A stretch of DNA of 63,999 bases, filler included, from an uncultured bacterium (lineage in GTDB: Bacteria; Latescibacterota; UBA2968), in NCBI GenBank assembly GCA_964471275.1. It is 3 parts of 3 records of this genome, joined end to end, with 100 filler letters (N's around TTAATTAATTAA, not from the genome) between each part and the next. Parts side by side here need not be neighbours in the genome. Positions count along the whole stretch, not along the records: positions 1 to 22,834 come from CAYYGZ010000049.1; positions 22,935 to 45,530 come from CAYYGZ010000050.1; 1 more part is not named here. One strand, 5' to 3'. The translations under genes were made by a program, and so were the position numbers. Under the pieces are notes generated by a model, which saw only the letters and a program-made list of their open reading frames with translations, made no database searches and was not told the origin of the DNA. This document shows positions 21,393-31,163 of the stretch, piece by piece. How positions within the stretch are numbered: the stretch's first letter is position 1; every line of letters starts with the position of its first letter.

Positions 21393-22288
21393 GTAGCGGC
21401 CTCGATTTCCTTGATCAGCTCATCATCTAGCGTGCGTCCGTCAGAGACGGACACCGATGCTTCCAGTTCTTCAATATCAGCGACGCCACTCAGAATGATC
21501 GACACATTCGGGTCAGAGAGCAGATACCGCAGACCCAGGCGTTCGATCGGTTCGTCATATCCGGCCAGAATGTCCTCTACACGTCCAAGCTTGCTGTAGA
21601 GATCAGAGAACCGGCCTTGCTCAACCCAGTGATCACGGGTCGATCCAAGCAATCCTCCGTGCAGGGGCGATGCGCAGATCACGGCCACGTCCCCATCGGT
21701 CGCAGCCGGTATCAGCTCGTCTGTCGCCTCCTGCGTGAGCAGGTCGTATTTCAGAAAGGTGATGACCGAAACAAATGCGTCCGTCTCACGGAGGACCCGA
21801 GACATCAGCCCCAGATCCGATCCCGTTAGACCGATGTGATCGGCGATCCCCTGCTCACTGATATCGATCAGCGTTTCGAGTGTCCGGCCGGCATCCATGA
21901 TACCGTCCCAGCCGGCCTGCTCTGCCTCGTGGATCTGGATCAGATTTACGTGATCACGGCCGAGCCGTTTTAAGCTCGCATCCAGCCCTCGCCAAACCGA
22001 GTCGCGAGTGTAGTCGAAAGGTTCCGGGTAGTAGCCGACCTTTGTAGCCAGATAATAAGGCTCGTTTACCCCCTTGAGCGCGGTTCCCAGGATCTCCTCA
22101 CTGCGCCCTCTTCCATACAGCGGTGCAGTGTCGAAGTAGTTGATACCCAGTTCCAGAGCACGTTCGACCACAGCCACGCCGTGCGACACGGGGAGCAATC
22201 CCATCTCCGGACGGCCGTAAAACCAGCTGCCTCCCAGACCGATCTCACTTACCTGCCAGTCTGTCTTTCCAAACCTGCGGTATTCCAA
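21389..22288 (-). CDS. Aldo/keto reductase
   Basis: GINYFDTAPLYG, ATKVG and SLKRLG...QIH motifs. Confidence 0.92.
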   Translation of the reverse strand: MEYRRFGKTDWQVSEIGLGGSWFYGRPEMGLLPVSHGVAVVERALELGINYFDTAPLYGRGRSEEILGTALKGVNEPYYLATKVGYYPEPFDYTRDSVWRGLDASLKRLGRDHVNLIQIHEAEQAGWDGIMDAGRTLETLIDISEQGIADHIGLTGSDLGLMSRVLRETDAFVSVITFLKYDLLTQEATDELIPAATDGDVAVICASPLHGGLLGSTRDHWVEQGRFSDLYSKLGRVEDILAGYDEPIERLGLRYLLSDPNVSIILSGVADIEELEASVSVSDGRTLDDELIKEIEAAT

Positions 22289-22295
22289 GACGACC

Positions 22296-22834
22296 TCAAC
22301 GAACGTTCCGATACATGCGAATCAGACGATCATCCGATACAGACAACGTGTAGAGAATTCTCAAGATCCACATCCTGATGACCGTTCGCCATACGCCCCA
22401 CGCGCGCCACCTTCGCGAGGAACTCACCACCGTCGAGTCAGTCATCACAAAAGTACCCTTGCGCGAAACTGCGTCGCAGAATTCGGAGTCTTCGAAAATC
22501 AACCTGGGGGGAAACCCACCAATCTCCTCAAACACGCTCTTGCGGACAAAAATCGCCTGATCACCATACGTAATTCCCAAGAAGCGTGACCGGAGTGTAC
22601 TGAAAAACGCGATCAGCCGAAAGGAGAGCGTATCCTCCAAGATCCCGTGTCTGAACCGGCCCCCCAGAGTGGTTGGATCGGACAGGGCGGCATTCAGATC
22701 TGCTATCCAGGTCTGAGGGAGAAAGCAGTCTGCGTGCAGAAAGAGGAGAACGTTGCCCTTCGCCTTGGTGGCGCCGATATTCATCTGGTGAGACCGTCCG
22801 AGACGATCAGATTGGATCAGTTCGCCTGACACCG
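22296..22834 (-). CDS. Family 2 glycosyltransferase (TIGR04283-like), 5' end cut by contig edge
   Basis: GRSHQMNIGA, LLFLHAD, YGDQAIF and SSRRW motifs. Confidence 0.85.
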
Positions 22835-22934
22835 NNNNNNNNNNNNNNNNNNNNNNNNNNNNNNNNNNNNNNNNNNNNTTAATTAATTAANNNNNNNNNN
22901 NNNNNNNNNNNNNNNNNNNNNNNNNNNNNNNNNN
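22835..22934. other. Artificial contig linker
   Basis: 100 bp of N with TTAATTAATTAA (stops in all six frames) at 22879-22890. Confidence 0.97.
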
Positions 22935-23218
22935 CAGTTGATTCCGGGTTCGTCGGATGCGGATATTGGCGTGTCGCCAGCACCGATGACACTCTGATCG
23001 AAATCGATGAACGCTCCCGTCATCAGGCCCGATTCGTCGGAAGCTAGCCACGCGATCGCCCGAGCAGCTTCCTCTTCCACACGTTCACCGCGCTTCGTGT
23101 TTCGCCCGGTTACGACCATCCGACCCAGACCTTCTGTCACCAAGAGTCGAGCCGTCACCTCACCAAGGCCCTCTGTGGCACCCGTGACGATCGCCGTTTT
23201 TCCGTCGAATCGGCTCAA
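22935..23218 (-). pseudogene. SDR oxidoreductase with a large internal deletion
   Basis: The N-terminal TGATEGLG Rossmann motif is joined directly to the C-terminal [18 protein letters not shown]; the YxxxK core is absent. Confidence 0.8.
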
Positions 23219-23970
23219 TTGTCTGTCTGATACTTGGTCATAGCGCCGAGATTGTGGACGTCAAGACCGAGTCGGTGTAGACGGGCGAAGGCAGCCTGGC
23301 TTCTTAGGCCACTCTGACAGTAGAGAATCGATTGGCCGCTCCGTAAGATCTCGAGGTGATCCTCGATCGTGGTCAGCGGCAGGTTGACCGCATCTGGTAG
23401 ATGTCCGATGGCGAACTCGTTCGGTTCGCGTACGTCGATGAATCGCGCACCCTCTTTGGCAAGCTCGTGGGCGCGTTCAGCTGAGATCGGCGGTGTCCAT
23501 CGACCCAGAAGCCTCATCAGGCCTTCGAACATCCACGCGGCGACACAGAAGTGTGTGCTTATCACAACGAGTTGGAGCGGGACCAGGATGAACCCGAATG
23601 CGTAGGCGACGACCGTGTTCCCGCTTAGGAATCCGATTCCGATTCCAATATTCATACTTCCACCCATCAGACAGGCGATTCGGCGTTGGAGCGGGTTCGG
23701 GGGAAGTTTGACGCCCTTCCAGATCGGTCTGAGAAGGTGATTGTAGATTCGGTCGAGTGGATGCCACGCAGGCGCCCAGAAGGGCAGGATGCCGAGCGCG
23801 GCGACCGCGAAGTGGATGTCAGGGTTACGCGTCACGAGCCCATATGCTGCACCTAGCATACACAGGAGTGGGGTGAATCGCAGTCCCCAGCTCAATTCGT
23901 GGAGCTGCTCCGGCGAGTAGTCGTAGCCCTGCTGTATCAGTGATTTGGATTCGAGCGTTGCCGTGGCCAT
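23215..23970 (-). CDS. DUF4395-like membrane domain fused to a rhodanese domain
   Basis: TM region with P..RIAC.MG and HFCVA; C-terminal [15 protein letters not shown] and CQSGLRS active-site loop. Confidence 0.82.
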   Translation of the reverse strand: MATATLESKSLIQQGYDYSPEQLHELSWGLRFTPLLCMLGAAYGLVTRNPDIHFAVAALGILPFWAPAWHPLDRIYNHLLRPIWKGVKLPPNPLQRRIACLMGGSMNIGIGIGFLSGNTVVAYAFGFILVPLQLVVISTHFCVAAWMFEGLMRLLGRWTPPISAERAHELAKEGARFIDVREPNEFAIGHLPDAVNLPLTTIEDHLEILRSGQSILYCQSGLRSQAAFARLHRLGLDVHNLGAMTKYQTDN

Positions 23971-23997
23971 CGTGAATTCCCCTGTAGAAAGCGTAAG

Positions 23998-25167
23998 CTA
24001 CCGTTCGATGATCTTTACTTCAGTATCCCTTAGTGTCTGTTCAATCAGCCCATCGAGATCCATCTTCTCTTCACAGACGTGGATTTCATCCAGCTTCGCG
24101 CGTGTCGTGGGGTGCTTCGGGATAAAGACCGTGCAGGCGTCTTCGTATGGCTCTATCGACGTTTCGTAAGTCCCGATGCGCTTTGCCTGCTCGATGATTT
24201 CGTCCTTGTTGTCGCCGGCAAGCGGACGCAGCACAGGCATCAACGTCACCTCCTCGATCGCTCGCAGGTTCCTGAGCGTCTGAGAGGCGACCTGGCCGAC
24301 GTTGTCGCCGGTGACAAGACAGTGAGCGCGCTCTCGCCTTGCCACCGCTTCTGCGATGCGTAGCATGGCACGCCGGTAGAGGACCACTCGGTAGCCTTCA
24401 CGACCCATCTGCAGGATGTGGCGCTGAATATGGACGAAGGGAACGCTGTAGAGCTTTGCCCTGAATTGGTGTCGCATCAGGTGCCGAATTAGTTCTTCAA
24501 CGTTTCGTTCAGAGTTTCGGTTTGTGTAGGGTTGGCTGTGGAAGTGAACGAAACTGAGGGTAACCCCTCGCTTCATGATCTTGTATGAAGCGACGGGTGA
24601 ATCAATACCCGAAGAAATGAGGCTGACTGCTTTCTCGTTCGACCCAACGGGCAGGCCTCCGGGACCGGGAAATTTCTCTGCGTAGATGAAAGTTCCGCTC
24701 GTCGTGACTTCGAGGAAGCACGTCAGGTCCGGGTCGGTCATCCTTACATCAGCCTGGGAACGCTCCTGCACGTAGGCACCGACATCCCGGTTGATGTCGT
24801 TTGAGTTGAATGCGAAGGTCTTGTCCGACCGGCGAGTGGCAATCTTGAAGGACTGAAAGGAGGACTTCTGAGCGGCCGCCCAAGCTGCCTGACGGAGAAG
24901 CTCCATGTCATTCGGTACTTTGAGGGCCTGCGAGAAGTTTGCGATACCGAATACCCAGCCCAGGCGTTCGCGAATGACACCGACGGGAGACTCGGAGGTG
25001 AGTTCCAGGTAGAGTCGTCCGGAAATCCTTCTGACAGGACCTACCTCGACGTCCTTCAGCGTTCTTGTGATGTTCGAGATCAGCTGGTTCTCGAAGCGGC
25101 CTCGATTCTTGCCCTTCAGCCCAACTTCGTGGTAGTGAATCAGGATCAGGTTTTCTGCATCGACCAT
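23998..25167 (-). CDS. thiI: tRNA 4-thiouridine synthase ThiI (short form without rhodanese domain)
   Basis: YHEVGLKGKNR, THUMP domain, GGLPVG, PP-loop SSGIDS, GQVASQT and EDAC motifs. Confidence 0.94.
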   Translation of the reverse strand: MVDAENLILIHYHEVGLKGKNRGRFENQLISNITRTLKDVEVGPVRRISGRLYLELTSESPVGVIRERLGWVFGIANFSQALKVPNDMELLRQAAWAAAQKSSFQSFKIATRRSDKTFAFNSNDINRDVGAYVQERSQADVRMTDPDLTCFLEVTTSGTFIYAEKFPGPGGLPVGSNEKAVSLISSGIDSPVASYKIMKRGVTLSFVHFHSQPYTNRNSERNVEELIRHLMRHQFRAKLYSVPFVHIQRHILQMGREGYRVVLYRRAMLRIAEAVARRERAHCLVTGDNVGQVASQTLRNLRAIEEVTLMPVLRPLAGDNKDEIIEQAKRIGTYETSIEPYEDACTVFIPKHPTTRAKLDEIHVCEEKMDLDGLIEQTLRDTEVKIIER

Positions 25168-25332
25168 AGAGGCCCCCTTTGTGCGGCCTCAAATATCACA
25201 TTCGGTCACATGCGTGTCAATCAGTGGCGGGTTGAGGCTGCGCGGAGGGATCCGGTCCACTCCACAGGGATTTCGATGGCCTGCCGACCGTCAATACGTA
25301 CTCGGTTTGGCGGATTTTTTAGGCGGGATGGC

Positions 25333-26867
25333 TCATTTGAGCGCGACAACAGTGAGATCATCCGTTCTGGCAGCACTCCGCATGAACGACTCCACGGATC
25401 GGTATATCGTGCGAACGGATGTGGTGACGCCTTCGGTAGGAAGCGTGCGCTCGATTACCGTAGTCAACCGATCTTCTTCGTACATCTCGCCGGTTTCGTT
25501 CTGGGCCTCTACGACGCCATCGGAGTAGAGTACGATGGCATCTCCCGGCTGCGGGTCAACTGTGATCGATTCATATGGAGTATCGGGACGGATCGCTGCC
25601 GGGATCCCGAGCGGCAGACCGTTTATCTCGATCGGCAGGACCAGACGCGATGTCATCCTGACCTGATACGGGTAGCAGTGGCCGGCGTTGGCAGTCTCGA
25701 CCTTCACGGTGTCGACGTGCAGAACGGCAATGCAGCACGTAACGAAAGTTGCGTCGTCGACCTCATCCTCCAGAGATCGGGTCAATCCATCCAGAATAGG
25801 TCCTGGCGTTGTTCGGTTGCGACACTCGTATCGAAGCATTTCGTTGAATCGGAGTGCCGCCACGGAGGCGTGCATCGCCTTCCCTGAGACATCCGCAACA
25901 ACGATAGCCAGTCGCGACTTGTCGTCGTCGAGCCAGCGGTACGCGAAGTAGTCACCCCCGACGTTGTTAGCCGGAACCGATAAACCGTCCAGGAGGTATC
26001 CATCCAATTCCGGCGGACCGTCAGGCAGAAGGTCCATCCGCATGTCGTGAGCTGTTTGCAGCTCATCCCGCATTTCGGCGAACTGCTGCTCCCTCAGATG
26101 GCGGTTCTCCTCCTCGACACCTAGTAGGCCGAAGCAATCAGACTGAGCGCGAGCGGCAGTGGGATGATGATAGCGAGACTGGCGAGTGAATCTTCACCCG
26201 CGGCCCATTCGGGCAATGAGATGAGTGTAAAGGCGATAAGGATCAGAATGATGTGCTTGGTGTAGCCGTATTTGCCTACGGTGTTACGGCTTTCGACGTA
26301 GGCGTCAACGATCGGAATGCGCTTGTGCGCGGCGATCAAAGGAAGGTAGAGACATCGAAGCAGGAGGACGCCCCCACCGATAACGAGAAACGCCATCAGA
26401 CCCGAAATCGGGAGTATGGCGTTCCAGTTGTGGGGAGGGGACTGGAATGCGGGAAACCATCTCAAGACGTTGCTGTCTACGCGTTCCGCAATGCCTTCGC
26501 GAGCAACATCGAGATGCAAAGCGTCGGAAACCGGGGAAACATCTGACGGGAGGGCCCCCAGGATCAGCACGGCCAGCACGATGCCCCAGAGCAGAACGCC
26601 CAGATACGCGAGACCGTTAAGCGTGATGAACCGGATCGGGTTTCGCAGGGGACTCAAGATATCCCGTACCCGGACGCGTGCATTCCCCGAGATCGCATTG
26701 TAAAGGATCAGGAGGAGCCCTGTCTTCACGACAACAAACAGGAACAGCGAAAGTGGCAGGGCGAGGAGGGTGGCGAAGAACAGAACAGGCAGGTTGTGTA
26801 TCCAGGCATTGAAGCTTTCGGACACGCACCTGCTGATTCGTAGCTCTGGCTTACGTGGTTCCAACAT
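25333..26867 (-). pseudogene. Membrane-anchored PP2C/SpoIIE phosphatase split at about 26121 (or two genes)
   Basis: The multi-TM ORF 26121-26867 ends in TAG. A coiled linker (VEEENRHLREQQFAEMRDEL) continues in another frame into VGGDYF, ADVSGK, YSDGV and DDLT. Confidence 0.7.
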
Positions 26868-26891
26868 GGCTGACTCGGGACGAGTCTGCCC

Positions 26892-28324
26892 TTACTGTGG
26901 TTTTTCCCGGCTCAGATTGTGTTTGCGATAGAAATGGCGAAATTGATCGTAACTGAGTTCGAGTGAATCTGCTGCTTTCCGTTGATTCCATCCCGTACCA
27001 GAGAGCGCACGTCGAAGCAGGCCAAGCTCAAAGGCTTCCAGTTCCGCCTCGAAGCCCTGACCGTCTGTACCAGCCCCCACGGACTCGCCCTGTGTGACTT
27101 CCGGCGGAAAATCCTCGATCTCGAGTGATGTGCCGCCGGCTACGCATGCCGCTCGCTCCGCTGCGAACTTCAACTCTCGAACATTCCCGGGCCAAGTATA
27201 ACGTATCAACGCGGTTAGCGCTTGTTCGGAAAATGCTCGCTGCACCAACCCGGGAACTTCCTCCAGGATCAACTGGACAAAATGTTCAGCCAAGGGCGGT
27301 ATGTCCTCCGGGCGCTCGCGCAGCGCCGGGATTCGGATGACCTCGAAGCGGAGCCGGTCGTAGAGATCCTGGCGGAAACGGCCGGCCGTGATCTCCTCCT
27401 CCAAATTCGCATTTGTGGCGGCAATAATCCGTACGTCAACCTTTGTCGAGTGGGCACTTCCGACGCGCTGAATCTCCTGGTATTCGATCGCACGCAGAAC
27501 GTTCTGCTGAAACTCAGGCGATGTGTTCCCGATTTCGTCCAGAAAGAGCGTACCACCGTTCGCAGCCTCGAACTTTCCCGGCCGTTCATCTGTCGCTCCT
27601 GTGAACGCACCCTTTTCGTGTCCGAATAGTTCGCTTTCCAGCAGGTGACTGGAGAGAGCAGCGCAGTTGACCTTGACGAAAGGACGGTCCTTCCGGACGC
27701 CCCCGTAGTGGATGGCTGCCGCAACGAGCTCTTTCCCCGTTCCCGGTTCACCTAAAACCAAGACAGGCCGAGGAATCGAAGCCACCCGTTCTGCTTGGTG
27801 CAGGACCTGATCCATCTGGCGACTCTTGCCGATCACCCTGTAGCGTTTTCCGACCTCGTCCCGGTAGAATCGGACCTCCCGATCCAGGTCCTGTACCTCG
27901 GCTTTCAGACGTTCGTTTTCGTTCAGGACCGACAACACACGGTCGAGCTTCTCGAGACTGAGCTCGAGCCGATCTTCAATGTAGAAATCCTTCTCGATGA
28001 AGTCTGTAGCCCCGNNNNNNNNNNCCCGTATCTAAGGGCAGTGACCGCAGTCTCAACCGTACCCTTCCCCGTCAGGATGATCACGGGCAATGCTTCGTCT
28101 TCTTTCCGAATCTCTCTCAGAATCTCCAGACCATCCGGCTCATCGGGGCCGAAGTCCAGGTCCAGGATAACAAGGTCGACACTGCGCTCCTCCTGTCTGA
28201 GATACGCCAATGCCTCTGTTCCCGAACAGCAGACGTGCACTGACCGACCCTCCGCAACGAGCGATTCAGCCAACGTGTTCAGGATTTCAGGTTGGTCGTC
28301 GGCTATCAGGATGTGGGCGTTCAT
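26892..28324 (-). CDS. Sigma54 activator: receiver + AAA+ + PspF-like HTH
   Basis: REC domain (ADD, DLVILD, LTG, IEK), [31 protein letters not shown] and [17 protein letters not shown]. The 10-N gap at 28015-28024 is flanked by duplicated CGGG; collapsing it restores YGATDFIEK in frame (472 aa). Confidence 0.9.
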
Positions 28325-28325
28325 G

Positions 28326-29969
28326 CTATTCCAGGAATTCCTCTACGATCGGATGGCTCGACCGGTCACCGGATGATCGCGACAACCGGATGGTCTCCTC
28401 TTCCGACAAGACCTCGAAGTCAATCGGAAGGTCGATTCTAAAGACCGCGCCCGCCCCCTCCTGGCTGATCAGTCTGAGCGTTCCCCGGTGGGCGGAGATG
28501 ATTCGACTACAGATGCTGAGACCATAGCCGTTGCCCTTTTCTCGTGTCGAGAAACCGGGGTCAAAGATACGGATTTGGGAGGCTTCAGCGATCCCGGGGC
28601 CATCATCTTCAACCTCAATGAATACGGATGTGCGGGCGGGGTCAAACCCTGTCTGTACAGACACGGTTCCACTCTCCTCGGTAGCCTGAAGCGCGTTAAG
28701 GACAAGGTTCGTCACGGCCTCGCGGAGCATCGCTGAATCAGCCTTGACTTGTGGCACGCGATCTTCTGTCGCAAAGCTCAGGCTACGACTCGTAGACTGC
28801 CCCTCGATGTGTGCTACCGTGTTGCGGATCAGCGAGGGGAGATCGACAAGGGTAGGGCTGATCGTGTCTGGCTTCATCGTTCGCAGATATGTCACCCACT
28901 GTTCGTAGACGTGCTCCTGCTCCGATACCAGACTGTCCAGCCTATTCCCAATGTCTTCACCCTTGCCGAGATCCCGGCTGATCCGACGGAGCCGGTTGCC
29001 GCTGAGTCCCATCAGGTTCTTGATGCGATGTCCGTGGGTATACAGGCTCTCGTAAACCTGTCCCCGCCCGAGGTCGATCAACTCCAGCGACAAGCGGGCG
29101 AGAATGCCTGCCCCCTGGGCACCGAACTCATCCGATAGATCGGCATACTCTTCTTCCATCTGCGTCGGGTTCATATGGTCGAAGAGGAGCCTGGCGAGGT
29201 TTCTGTAGGGGAGCGTATAGTCCGGTTGTAGATGTATGGCAATCTTAAATGCGCCAAGTGCCGGAATCACCTGACCCTCGTGCATGAGCAGGACACCCAG
29301 GTTGTTGTGACCAGGAGCGAACAGCGGGTCTGCCTTCAGACCAAGCCTGTAAACCTCTATCGCGTGCGTGCGCTGATCGGCGAAGTCATCGAGAAAGCTG
29401 GCCAGCAGGAAGCAGGCCCTGTCCAGACCGTCGTATTCCAGTCCTCGATCCGTTGCTTCGACAATACTTTCGAGGGCCTCGATGGCTCGTTGGCGGTCTT
29501 TTGAGGCCGGCGCGGCACCCCTTGCGTGAAGCAAGGCCATCTGGAAGCACGCGTCGAGGTGGTCCCGATCCAGTTCGATCGCTTGCTCGAAGGCCTTCAT
29601 TGCCTGCCCCGTCTCGTTCAGGCGCGTCAGCGATACTCCGAGCTTGTAATGCAGTTCTGCGGATCCAGGGAACAGGTCGCTTCCCTTGATGAGGATATCC
29701 CGGGCGTCAGCAGGACGGCCACCCGCAAGGTAGACGGCAGCGAGATTGTGGTGTGCGCGGATGTTCTCCGGGTCGGCCGTAATCGCCTTGACGTAGTGCT
29801 TCCTTGCGTCTTCCAGCTCGTCCATCTGGAACGCTTGGTCGCCTGCTCGCCGCGCGTCGCGCGCAGCATCGACTTCAGACTCCGGCAAGGCCGTCGTGAT
29901 CCGAACGGAGTCGGGTGCCGACTCGTTCAGACGTGTGATCGACCTGTCTCTTTCGGTTCCGTTGGTCAC
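28326..29969 (-). CDS. Cytoplasmic TPR-repeat sensor histidine kinase
   Basis: Several TPRs (AHHNLA, HYKLG, GHNNLG), H-box HGHRIKN, N-box NLVLNA, DDGPGI, FDPGFST and GNGYGL; no TM segment. Confidence 0.88.
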   Translation of the reverse strand: MTNGTERDRSITRLNESAPDSVRITTALPESEVDAARDARRAGDQAFQMDELEDARKHYVKAITADPENIRAHHNLAAVYLAGGRPADARDILIKGSDLFPGSAELHYKLGVSLTRLNETGQAMKAFEQAIELDRDHLDACFQMALLHARGAAPASKDRQRAIEALESIVEATDRGLEYDGLDRACFLLASFLDDFADQRTHAIEVYRLGLKADPLFAPGHNNLGVLLMHEGQVIPALGAFKIAIHLQPDYTLPYRNLARLLFDHMNPTQMEEEYADLSDEFGAQGAGILARLSLELIDLGRGQVYESLYTHGHRIKNLMGLSGNRLRRISRDLGKGEDIGNRLDSLVSEQEHVYEQWVTYLRTMKPDTISPTLVDLPSLIRNTVAHIEGQSTSRSLSFATEDRVPQVKADSAMLREAVTNLVLNALQATEESGTVSVQTGFDPARTSVFIEVEDDGPGIAEASQIRIFDPGFSTREKGNGYGLSICSRIISAHRGTLRLISQEGAGAVFRIDLPIDFEVLSEEETIRLSRSSGDRSSHPIVEEFLE

Positions 29970-30238
29970 GATTGTCCGAGATTTACGTTTAGGAGGGGCA
30001 GTAGCTTGAAGGGGGCCGGGTTGTTGCCAGCATAGTTTAGCAGGCCAATCTGGAGGCCCTTGAGACGTCGCGTATTCCCAAACCCGATTCCCGTGGATCG
30101 GTAACCGAGCACGAGTGTTTGGCTACGGCTCAGGCTCTGAGTGTCGGCGCCCGTATCTCCCAGATCTTCGGTGTCTGCCCACGCTGCTACACTCAGGGAA
30201 ACGACTGTAAGAACAACGGTGATGATGCCTGAGATCAT
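29966..30238 (-). CDS. Small exported protein with GLQIGLLN (LA_2272-like repeat) C-terminus, possibly internally deleted
   Basis: Signal peptide MISGII...AAWA and LKGLQIGLLNYAGNN..FKLLPLLN; 4-bp overlaps with both neighbours. Confidence 0.6.
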   Translation of the reverse strand: MISGIITVVLTVVSLSVAAWADTEDLGDTGADTQSLSRSQTLVLGYRSTGIGFGNTRRLKGLQIGLLNYAGNNPAPFKLLPLLNVNLGQS

Positions 30239-30828
30239 ATGCCTTGTGGGTCCATTCTCCGGAAATCGCGACTGAGCTGGTGACGCGCACGATTCAGCCA
30301 GGTCTTTACCGTTCCCATAGGGACTTCGAGTGCGTGTGAGATTTCCTCGTAGGACGAGTCCTTGACGTATCGGAGCCACATGGCCTTGCGATATCGCTCG
30401 GGGAGTTGGTTGATCCCGTTGATGACGATATCTCTGCGCTCGTTGCGCTGGATGACATCCTCCGGTGTTTCCCACCTAGACGAATCTGTGATCGCCGCCT
30501 TTGCGTACTCAAGGTCTTCCAGAAGCTCCATCCAGTCTTTTCGGATCTTCTCAGACCGCCTGTGAGACAGGCAGACGTTGATTGCAATGCGAGTAATCCA
30601 AGTGCCGAATGCCGAATCTTCTCGGAAACGTGGGAGTGAGCGGAACGCACGGATAAAGGTCTGCTGTATCAGATCCTCGACGACGTCCGGATCACTGGCC
30701 CGACGTCTAACGACACCGACCACGTTCGCCCGATAGGTTTCGTAGAGCTCAGAGAAGGCAGTCTGGCTGCCTCCAAGCGCCCGCTCGATGAGCTGGGCCT
30801 CCTCGGTTCTGGTCATAGATCTTTCCAC
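30235..30828 (-). CDS. ECF RNA polymerase sigma factor
   Basis: Region 2 DLIQQTFIRAF..FGTWITRIAIN; region 4 SYEEIS..LEVPMGTVKTWLNRAR. Confidence 0.92.
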   Translation of the reverse strand: MERSMTRTEEAQLIERALGGSQTAFSELYETYRANVVGVVRRRASDPDVVEDLIQQTFIRAFRSLPRFREDSAFGTWITRIAINVCLSHRRSEKIRKDWMELLEDLEYAKAAITDSSRWETPEDVIQRNERRDIVINGINQLPERYRKAMWLRYVKDSSYEEISHALEVPMGTVKTWLNRARHQLSRDFRRMDPQGI

Positions 30829-30842
30829 TCAGGTGAAACGTC

Positions 30843-31022
30843 CTAGTATTCGTCTTCTCTGGTTAACAGTCGGTAGCCCAGGTATGCGATTGCCACGGCG
30901 ATCAGAAGCTTGATCGATACGACCGCGAGCGTGAAGATGGACCCGATCAAGGGAAACAGCGTGCTCAGCGCAACCCAGCCCCCGACGATGACAAGCAGTA
31001 TGCCTACGATTTTCACGAGCAA
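30843..31022 (-). CDS. 59-aa two-TM membrane protein (absent from ORF track; LiaI/PspG-like size and topology)
   Basis: GGAGGAGG RBS, TTG/GTG start, MLVKIVGILLVIVGGWVALSTLFPLIGSIFTLAVVSIKLLIAVAIAYLGYRLLTREDEY*. Confidence 0.75.
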   Translation of the reverse strand: MLVKIVGILLVIVGGWVALSTLFPLIGSIFTLAVVSIKLLIAVAIAYLGYRLLTREDEY

Positions 31023-31044
31023 GGACTCCTCCTCCGACCTCTGG

Positions 31045-31143
31045 TCATCTTTGGTGGGGTAAACAGGACGTCGAGTCCATTTTGTGAACGGCAGATGCCA
31101 GGATAATCAATGCCACCATCACGCCAATTTCGACCACGTCCAA
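31045..31143 (-). CDS. 32-aa single-TM peptide (absent from ORF track; possible PspB-like protein or remnant)
   Basis: GGGGAGG RBS and TTG start; MDVVEIGVMVALIILASAVHKMDSTSCLPHQR*. Confidence 0.45.
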   Translation of the reverse strand: MDVVEIGVMVALIILASAVHKMDSTSCLPHQR

Positions 31144-31163
31144 GTGACCTCCCCTTGTCTCAA

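Noticed and set aside
20301..21599. Long antisense ORFs (also 6487-7491, 19076-19942, 59602-60453)
   Set aside because: They are shadow frames opposite well-supported genes in GC-rich DNA and have no recognisable motifs.
22835..22934. TTAATTAATTAA palindrome repeated at 22879 and 45575
   Set aside because: It is an artificial six-frame-stop linker inside N runs, not a biological repeat. Neighbours across it are not linked.
27923..28324. Separate receiver gene, or programmed frameshift, in the sigma54 activator
   Set aside because: It is an artefact of the 10-N gap; merging the duplicated CGGG gives one frame.
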